Part shown: in pieces, positions 57,552 through 64,000 of the stretch
Layout of the letters: the number at the start of each line of letters is the position of its first letter
Numbering within the stretch: the stretch's first letter is position 1
Assembly: GCA_965224025.1 (NCBI GenBank)
Contig: OZ245033.1
Span: forward strand, 4,672,001 to 4,736,000
Length of the DNA stretch: 64,000 nt
Source: Candidatus Multivorans sp.
GTDB lineage: Bacteria; Acidobacteriota; Thermoanaerobaculia; Multivoradales; Multivoraceae
Direction: 5' to 3'
Program-made: the position numbers and the translations under genes
The notes under the pieces: generated by a model
The model's input: the letters and a program-made list of their open reading frames with translations, nothing else
What the model was told of the DNA's origin: nothing
The model's database searches: none

Positions 57552-59094
57552 ACGGAGATCCCGCATCGCCTGCATGAAGGCGGCGTTGTTTCCCTTGGCC
57601 GCCTACCTGCGGGGAGCGCCGGAACTCGCCCGTGAAGCGCTCGTGGTCCACGAAGGCCCCTCGGCGCGGATCGTCGCCGCCTCCCGGCTGGCGCGCCGCG
57701 CGGGAGTGCGGCCGGGGCTGACCATGGCCCAGGCCCGGAACATCGAGTCGGGCCTGGTCGACCGTGTCCGCGACCCGGAGCGCGAGCACACCGCGCAGGA
57801 GGTGCTGCTCGAGATCGCCGGCGCCTTCTCGCCCCGGGTCGAGGACGGCGGCGAAGGCATGGTCTACCTCGACGTCGCGGCCGAGGACGAACACAGCCTC
57901 GGACAGACGATGATGCGGGACATGGATGCCGCCGGCCTGCCCGGGCGGGTCGGCATCGCCGGCAGCAAGCTCGCGGCGCGGGCCGCGGCTGCCTTGCCGC
58001 GGTCGCCGAACGTCGTCGCGCCCCGCGGCGAAGCCCGGTTTCTGGCACCGTTGCCGCTCAGGTCCCTGCTCGGGAGCGGCGGCAGCGGTTCCGGCGGCAC
58101 GGCGCCGGACGGCGACGACCAGGAGATCCTCCACACGCTGAAGCTCTGGGGCCTGCGCACAGTCGGCGACTTGGCCGGCCTGCCGGCGGGCGAGGTCCAT
58201 GGCCGTCTCGGCGAGCGCGGAGCGGCGCTCCACGCCGCCGCCCGCGGCATCGATCCGGCGCCGCTCACTCCCCTTCCGCCGGCGCCCACATTCCGCGAAT
58301 CGCAGACCTTCGAGTGGCCGATCGACAACCTGGAACCGTTCCTGTTCGTCGCCCGCGGCGCGGTCGAGCGGCTTGCCGCCCGGCTCGAAGCCCGGGGCAT
58401 GGGCTGCAAGCGGCTCGAACTGTCGCTCAAGATCGAGCCCGAGGGCCTCCACGAATTGGCGATCGAACTGCCGGCGCCTACGCACGAGGCCCGAACGCTG
58501 CTGTCGCTCGTCCGTCTCCACCTGGAGGCGGAACCGCCGCGTGCCCCGATCACGGGCATACAGCTAGCGGCCCAGCCCGATGTACCGCGCCAGGCTCAAC
58601 TCAGCCTGCTCGGTCCGGCCGCCCTGTCGCCCGATCGCTTGGCCGCCGTCACCGCCCGGCTGCTCGCCCTGCTCGGCCCGAACCGGGTCGGCTCGCCGCG
58701 CACCCGGAACGGCCACCTGCCGGAACGCTTCCGGCTCGCCGACTACGACCCGCCACCGCCTCCACGCATCCGGCTCGAACCCCGGCCGGGCCGCGGCATG
58801 CTCGCGGTGCGCACCTTGAGGCCGCCGCTCGAAGTCGAAGTGCTGACGGCCGAAGGCCCCACTCTCTGCCCCGCGCCGGTGCGGATCAACCCCCTGCCGA
58901 CCGACGAACGCCACGTCCGCATCGAGGGCCCCGTCCGCACCGCCGCCGGCCCCTGGGAGATCGAGGAGGGCTGGTGGAGGGAGGCCCCGGCCCTGCGGGA
59001 CTACTGGGACGTGGAACTGCGGAACGGCGCGGTGTGCCGGATCTACCGGGACCGGAGTTCGGAACGGTGGTTCGCGGACGGGGTGTACGACTGA
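57541..59094 (+). CDS. imuB: ImuB-like Y-family polymerase homolog
   Basis: 'GVRPGLT.AQA', 'FSPRVE', 'WGLRTVGDLA.LP', C-terminal 'GPW....GWW....RDYWDV...W...G.YD'. Confidence 0.85.
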   Translation: MPAKRRSRIACMKAALFPLAAYLRGAPELAREALVVHEGPSARIVAASRLARRAGVRPGLTMAQARNIESGLVDRVRDPEREHTAQEVLLEIAGAFSPRVEDGGEGMVYLDVAAEDEHSLGQTMMRDMDAAGLPGRVGIAGSKLAARAAAALPRSPNVVAPRGEARFLAPLPLRSLLGSGGSGSGGTAPDGDDQEILHTLKLWGLRTVGDLAGLPAGEVHGRLGERGAALHAAARGIDPAPLTPLPPAPTFRESQTFEWPIDNLEPFLFVARGAVERLAARLEARGMGCKRLELSLKIEPEGLHELAIELPAPTHEARTLLSLVRLHLEAEPPRAPITGIQLAAQPDVPRQAQLSLLGPAALSPDRLAAVTARLLALLGPNRVGSPRTRNGHLPERFRLADYDPPPPPRIRLEPRPGRGMLAVRTLRPPLEVEVLTAEGPTLCPAPVRINPLPTDERHVRIEGPVRTAAGPWEIEEGWWREAPALRDYWDVELRNGAVCRIYRDRSSERWFADGVYD

Positions 59095-59131
59095 GGGGGG
59101 GCGAAAGCAGAGGCACTGACGTCGCACCCCA

Positions 59132-59600
59132 TCACCCAGACAGCGCCTTCGTTCTTGCCTCGCCCATTTCGCGGAAGTGCCGTCTCAGGCGACGTGCCAT
59201 CGGCCACATCATCGTCGCCGTCATGCCGGCCGAAACGACTCCGCCCACCACTGGGACGACCTTCCTCAAGCCGCTGGCGAACGACTGTTTCGTGACCTGG
59301 AGACCGATCAACCTTGCAACTGACTTGACCGCAGGATACAAGACCGTCTTGGTCAGAGCCTTCTTCGGTAGATCCTTGACGACCTTCTCAGCGACGAGTT
59401 CGGCGAGCTTCGCAAGGCCGGTCGCCGCTCCCTCCGCTCCCATCATCACTCCGAGGAACAAAGTGATCTCCGTCTCGGTCAACTCGTCAGTGCCGTCCTC
59501 CAAACCGGTCGGCGGTCCTTCCAAGCACGCCAGTTTTCTGAGCCAGCTTGGTCGCGTGACCGAAGAACTGCGCCTCCCTGACTGCGATCACACATCTGCG
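59132..59600 (-). pseudogene. 5'-truncated, frameshifted hypothetical (EcsC-like) gene
   Basis: 'KVVPVVGGVVSAG' C-terminus; upstream frame 'AQFFGHATKLAQK' joins via a shift in an A-run; no convincing start. Confidence 0.5.
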
Positions 59601-59605
59601 AGTCC

Positions 59606-60487
59606 TCAGGTCGAATCAGGAGCGCCTCGGACGCGCAGCCGCCGGCGCACGAAGTCGTCGAACAGAGGCACCGTGAAGTCGATCTCGCCCCAGCGCGGCG
59701 AGTAGCAGAGCCCCTTCTTGATCAGCTTGTCCCGCACTGGGCCCACGCCCGGCGTGTCCTTGCCCATAGTCGCCGCGACGCGACCCGAGGAGTAGGGGCC
59801 CTTGCCGAGTGACGCCATGGCCACCAAGTACTCGCGCTCGGAGTCGGTCGTGCGGTCGACCCGGACGCGGAAGAAACCAGTGTCCAGTTCATCGACGGCG
59901 GCCGGAACCTGGTGCAGACCAACGATCAGGGCGCCCAAGTCCTTCCGCTTGAGGTACTGCACTTCGTCGACCGTGATCAGGGCGCCCTTCCCCCGCTCGC
60001 GGGCGGCTCTACCGACCCCCGTGAACAGACCGGCCAGGTCTTCGTCCAGAAGCCCCGAATCCGCCCAGCCGGGTACCGGATCGAGTCCCACCGTTACGTC
60101 GCCGCCGTCCGGCAGGTTCCATCTCAACTGGAACGACTTGAGCACACCAAGCGCCCGCTTGGCCTGATCGGCCACGTTCTGTGCCGGAGAGAGGCGCAGG
60201 ACCACCTTTCGGACGAGCTCGGACATCGCCAGCGGAAACCGAATCCCCTCGCTCGCCTCAAGAGGCTGACAGACCCCGTCTCGACTTTGCCCCAGACGGC
60301 GAAACTCCTGCAGAAGCACCGTCTTCCCCACACCGCGAAGCCCAGTCAGAATCACGCTCTTGGCGAAACGGCCAAGACGCAGACGCTCGATGGCGATACG
60401 GACCGTCTCGAGCTCGGCATCCCTGCCCACGAGCGCTGGCGGAGGGCTTCCGGCGCCCGGGCTGTAAGGGTTGCGGGTGGGATCCAT
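59606..60487 (-). pseudogene. P-loop ATP-binding protein (AAA_16/22-like + wHTH), apparently with an in-frame internal deletion
   Basis: 'NPYSPGAG.PP', 'GLRGVGKT', 'VDEVQ', then jumps to 'LDTGFFRVR.DR' and 'FTVPLFD'; junction near 59905. Confidence 0.65.
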
Positions 60488-60599
60488 CGGCCGATTGTAG
60501 GGTTCTGCCCGGTTTTTATCGAGTTCAGGTAAAAGCCGCGCAGACTGCTATAAATAGCCGCTATTCGTGAACAGCCCCGATCGACAGGAGAAAACCAGC

Positions 60600-61034
60600 A
60601 TGAAGAACCAATGGATCTTCCTGACCCTCACTGCGATCAACTTCGCGCTCCTCGCGCTGCTCCTCCTGCTGCCCTACTTCACGAAGACGGACGCCGCCGA
60701 GGACACCGTTCTGCGTGGCGCCGGGATCGAGATCGTGGACCGCGAGGGGCGCCTGCGGGCGCAGCTCGTCCTGGAGCCCGGGGACCCCGGCTACGAGTGG
60801 CCGGATGGACGGATCGGGTATCCCGAAACCGTGATCTTCCGCCTGATCACCGCTGACGGGAAGCCGCGCGTCAAGCTCACGACCTCCGCCGAGGACTCCG
60901 GCCTCATGCTCCTCGGGGCATCCGACACGACCCACACGATTCTCAAGGCGTTCCGGGACGAAACGTCCCTGTTGCTGCGGAACGGCGAGACGACGCAACG
61001 GCTGCTCACGCCCGGCGTGCCGGCAGCCCGGTAG
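60600..61034 (+). CDS. Hypothetical exported/membrane-anchored protein
   Basis: AGGAG RBS; N-terminal TM; 'LRG.GIEIVDREGRLRAQL'. Confidence 0.75.
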   Translation: MKNQWIFLTLTAINFALLALLLLLPYFTKTDAAEDTVLRGAGIEIVDREGRLRAQLVLEPGDPGYEWPDGRIGYPETVIFRLITADGKPRVKLTTSAEDSGLMLLGASDTTHTILKAFRDETSLLLRNGETTQRLLTPGVPAAR

Positions 61035-61050
61035 TCCGAACACGCCGGCA

Positions 61051-61440
61051 TCAATCGCCCGGCAGGACGGCTCCCGGCGCCCGCCCGCCGATGACCTGCT
61101 CCGCCACCACCCGGCCGCCGATCAGGTGCTCCTGGATCACCCTTTCCAGGACCTCGGGGGTACAGCCCCAGTACCAGACGCCCTCCGGGTAGACGACCGC
61201 GATCGGGCCGGCGTCGCAGATGCGCAGGCAGTTCGCCTTCGTCCGCATCACCGTTCCGGCATCGGTGAGCCCGAGTTCGACCAGCCGGCGCTTGAGGTAG
61301 CCCCAGGACTCGAGCGACACCTCCCGGTCGCAACACTTCGGCTTCGTCTGGTCGCAGCACAGGAAGATGTGCCGCTGCACGTTGGCGATGCCGATCGCCT
61401 CCGCCTTGCGCCGGGCGCGGTTGAGGGCGTCGTGGTCCAT
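61051..61440 (-). CDS. Thioredoxin-like [2Fe-2S] ferredoxin
   Basis: 'HIFLC...KPKCC', '[21 protein letters not shown]', 'IQEHL.GG'. Confidence 0.9.
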   Translation of the reverse strand: MDHDALNRARRKAEAIGIANVQRHIFLCCDQTKPKCCDREVSLESWGYLKRRLVELGLTDAGTVMRTKANCLRICDAGPIAVVYPEGVWYWGCTPEVLERVIQEHLIGGRVVAEQVIGGRAPGAVLPGD

Positions 61441-61576
61441 GGCGCCGATGATTCCATGACCGGCATCAAGCACTGGCGATAGCCTGCACCGCCATGAAGC
61501 TGTTTGAAGCCGCCTATCCGTTTCAGGACGACGTGCTGGCGGCCGGACGGGCTCTGCTACTGCTTACCTCAAGCCC

Positions 61577-61852
61577 TCAGGACAGCACTGGCCGCAAGTC
61601 GCACCAGACAACGGACCATTCGTCGGCCGGGTCACGAAACTCAACTCCCTCCATGACGGTCCGCTCCAAGTCCAACAGGAGATCGACGCCGGCCACCTCG
61701 TCAACCCGAACCGCACGCTCACCTTCCAAGACCGCGACCGGGATCCACTCGCAGGCCTTCGCCGCCTCGAGCCACTTGCGCGGACGATCCGGGATGCCCG
61801 CCACCACGAAATCGGGAACGCCTGGCAGCGCCCACAGCACTACACGTTTCAT
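61577..61852 (-). CDS. Small hypothetical protein
   Basis: 91-aa ORF with ATG and protein-like composition; no motif recognised. Confidence 0.4.
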   Translation of the reverse strand: MKRVVLWALPGVPDFVVAGIPDRPRKWLEAAKACEWIPVAVLEGERAVRVDEVAGVDLLLDLERTVMEGVEFRDPADEWSVVWCDLRPVLS

Positions 61853-61976
61853 CCGCCTAGAGCCTAGCCCTCGAGTACTTCCACCAGCAAGTCCGAACCG
61901 ACTGGGCTGTGCAGTCGCCGCCGGTAGAATCGGACGGTCGAGACGCCAGTCGGCCACGCCCTCACGGACGCAGACC

Positions 61977-62312
61977 ATGCTCACGCTCCACCCGAAAGAA
62001 CAGACTTGGCTCGACGGCTACCGCGAGGCGCTGAAGAGGGAACACGCCGACGCCGTGCTGCGCTTGGTCGTGTACGGCTCCAAGGCCCGCGGAGACGCAC
62101 ACGACGAGAGCGACATCGATCTGCTGCTCATCGTGCGGGACGAAGCCGCTGGTCTAATGCGGCCTCTCCGCCGGATCGGCCACGAGCTAGCGGTCCCCTC
62201 GTTGGTTCTACCGTCCATCATGGCTTACACCGTAGGTGAGTGGAGCCAGCTTGAAAGCTACCGTTCGGCCTACCATGCCGCCGTTGAGCGCGAAGGTGTA
62301 TCGGTACTTTGA
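61977..62312 (+). CDS. Minimal nucleotidyltransferase (MNT antitoxin-like)
   Basis: 'VYGSKARGD...ESDIDLL', C-terminal 'V.REGV.L'. Confidence 0.88.
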   Translation: MLTLHPKEQTWLDGYREALKREHADAVLRLVVYGSKARGDAHDESDIDLLLIVRDEAAGLMRPLRRIGHELAVPSLVLPSIMAYTVGEWSQLESYRSAYHAAVEREGVSVL

Positions 62313-62387
62313 ACACGGAAACGGCTGAGGTGGTCCCGGTCCTTTGGACAGTTTCGAGGCCGGGCTAAGGTGTACTCCATGTGTTGA

Positions 62388-63254
62388 TTACGCCGCAGCC
62401 GCCGTCGCCGGGGCTGTGGAAAACTCTCGATTCTGCGGAATGCCCATTAGTCCGCGGTGGGCTTCGGCAGGTGTCCTGCCGCCGAGCGCCGTGTGTGGCC
62501 GCTCCTCATTGTAGAAGGCGAGCCACCCATCGATCACCCGCCGCGCCTCGATGCCGTCGACGAGTTCGTTCAGGTAGACCGCCTCGTACTTCAGCGAGCG
62601 CCACAGGCGCTCGATGAAGATGTTGTCGAGGAAGCGACCCCGGCCGTCCATCGAGATCTTCACCGTCGCGTTCTCGAGAAGACCGGTGAAGTCGCCGCTC
62701 GTGAACTGGCTCCCCTGATCCGTGTTGAAGATGTCCGGCTTGCCGTACCGGTCGAGGGCTTCGGCGAAGGCCTCGACGCAGAACGATGCGTCCAGGCTGT
62801 TCGACAGCCGCCAGGACAACACCCGACGGCTCGCCCAGTCCATGACCGCCACCAGGTACAGGAACCCGCCGCGCACCGGAATGTACGTTATGTCCGAGCA
62901 CCAGACTTGATCCGGACGCTCGATGGAAAGCCCCCTGAGCAGATAGGGATAGACCTTGTGCTCCGGGTGAGGCTTGCTGGTCCGCGGCGCCCGGTAGATC
63001 GCCGCGATACCCATCAACCGCATCAGACGCCGCACCCGGTGACGACCGACCCGAACGCCCTCTCGGCGAAGGTGGCGGACCATCTGACGCGAACCGTAGA
63101 ACGGGTACAGCAGGAACAGCTCGTCGATCCTGCGCATCAGGGCCAGCGTCTCGGCGCTCTCGCCCTTGGGCCGGTAGTACAGCGAGGAACGGCTGATCTC
63201 GAGCAGACGGCACTGCCGACTCAAGCTCACGTCACCCGTCTCCCGCTCGATCAT
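62388..63254 (-). CDS. IS3 transposase OrfB (DDE integrase core)
   Basis: 'PFYGSR', 'WCSDITY', 'NTDQGSQF', 'DNIFIERLWRSLKYE', 'YN.ERPH'. Confidence 0.95.
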   Translation of the reverse strand: MIERETGDVSLSRQCRLLEISRSSLYYRPKGESAETLALMRRIDELFLLYPFYGSRQMVRHLRREGVRVGRHRVRRLMRLMGIAAIYRAPRTSKPHPEHKVYPYLLRGLSIERPDQVWCSDITYIPVRGGFLYLVAVMDWASRRVLSWRLSNSLDASFCVEAFAEALDRYGKPDIFNTDQGSQFTSGDFTGLLENATVKISMDGRGRFLDNIFIERLWRSLKYEAVYLNELVDGIEARRVIDGWLAFYNEERPHTALGGRTPAEAHRGLMGIPQNREFSTAPATAAAA

Positions 63255-63274
63255 CCGCAGGCGCTCGGTCCGGC

Positions 63275-63556
63275 TCAGTGCCCGAGCCCCCTGGACAAGA
63301 AATCCCGCTCGATCGTCAGCTCCCCGATCTTCGCGTGCAGGTCCCTGATCTCCTCCTCGTGGTCCCGGCGCCGCTCCGGCCCGGCCGAGAAGGTCTCACT
63401 CATCCCCTCGATCGCCTTCCGCTTCCAACTGCTCACCTGATTCGGGTGAATCCGGTGCCGCGATGCGATCGCCGCGAGCGGCTTCTCCTCACGCAGCGCC
63501 TCAAGCGCCACCTTCGACTTGAAAGCCGCAGTGAACTTCCGACGCTTCCTCTTCAT
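63275..63556 (-). CDS. IS3 transposase OrfA (HTH)
   Basis: 'RRKFTAAFKSKVALEA', 'IHPNQV..WK', 'LHAKIGELTIERDFL'; GAGGAG RBS. Confidence 0.93.
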   Translation of the reverse strand: MKRKRRKFTAAFKSKVALEALREEKPLAAIASRHRIHPNQVSSWKRKAIEGMSETFSAGPERRRDHEEEIRDLHAKIGELTIERDFLSRGLGH

Positions 63557-63622
63557 CCTGGCTCCTCCTCTAGGTCGAGGAGTACACCTTAGCCACCTGT
63601 CCAGTTTTCCGGGACCACCTCA

Positions 63623-64000
63623 GAGACTCGCGCCAAGGAGCTTCGGGATCAGGCCGCTGGCATGGAGGAAACGGCGTCGCGGCATGAGAAGCCTTCGGTG
63701 CAGAAGGGTCTTCGGACGCGGGCGTCGAATCGGCGTGGCGAGGCGGAGAAGCTGGCGCCTCCGGTCGAGGCCGAAGACAAGGCCATCGACGAGTTGCCGC
63801 TGAAGTCGACGCGGGCGACGGTGGAGGGTTTGCCGAGGGACGAGGCCCAAGGGAACTTCACGGACCCGGAGAGCAGCATCATGAAGGGGCGGGACGGTTT
63901 CGTTCAGGCGTACAACGCGCAGTTGGCGGTGGACGAGGAGGCTCAGGTGATCGTGGCGCAAGGCGTGACGAACCAGCCGCCGGACAACGGCAATCTCAGG
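63623..64000 (+). mobile_element. 5'-truncated IS1182-family transposase fragment, runs off window end
   Basis: Frame from 63623 reads '...AQGNFTDPESSIMKGRDGFVQAYNAQLAVDEEAQVIVAQGVTNQPPD'. Confidence 0.78.

Larger units (their letters stand above)
62326..63622 (-). mobile_element. IS3-family insertion sequence, 1297 bp
   Basis: Terminal IRs TGAGGTGGTCCCGGTCCTTTGGACAG and CTGTCCAGTTTTCCGGGACCACCTCA; TG...CA ends; orfA/orfB layout. Confidence 0.93.

Overview
High-GC bacterial DNA, probably Acidobacteriota (Thermoanaerobaculia-like). This is an inference from the acidobacterial VWA protein, the TLPSH sulfatase-TPR protein, the CRTAC1/ASPIC protein and the repeated 'YFF..N.EVLIKVLD.C.VNGHRWVF' domain; a marine host-associated lifestyle is plausible but unproven. 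The first ~43 kb is mostly core and secreted-enzyme content: a metzincin/FN3 surface protease, M16 peptidase pair, folP-folB fusion with folK, ptrB, sulfatases, beta-oxidation genes, a BON/OmpA pair and an MMPL-GT87-DUF547 block. From 43.2 kb on it is accessory: a defence-like island (type IIG restriction-modification, ABC ATPase + DUF4276/TOPRIM-like pair), a DUF222-HNH gene with internal palindromic repeats, Fic, arsS, imuA-imuB without dnaE2, an MNT gene whose putative HEPN partner is cut by an IS3 element, and an IS1182-type fragment. The most striking non-genic signal is a REP-like palindromic repeat family with covarying stems: four intergenic copies and four copies lying in-frame inside intact genes. 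The window also has several genes collapsed by internal deletion and several homopolymer or dinucleotide frameshifts (decay or assembly error). No tRNA, rRNA or CRISPR array was seen.
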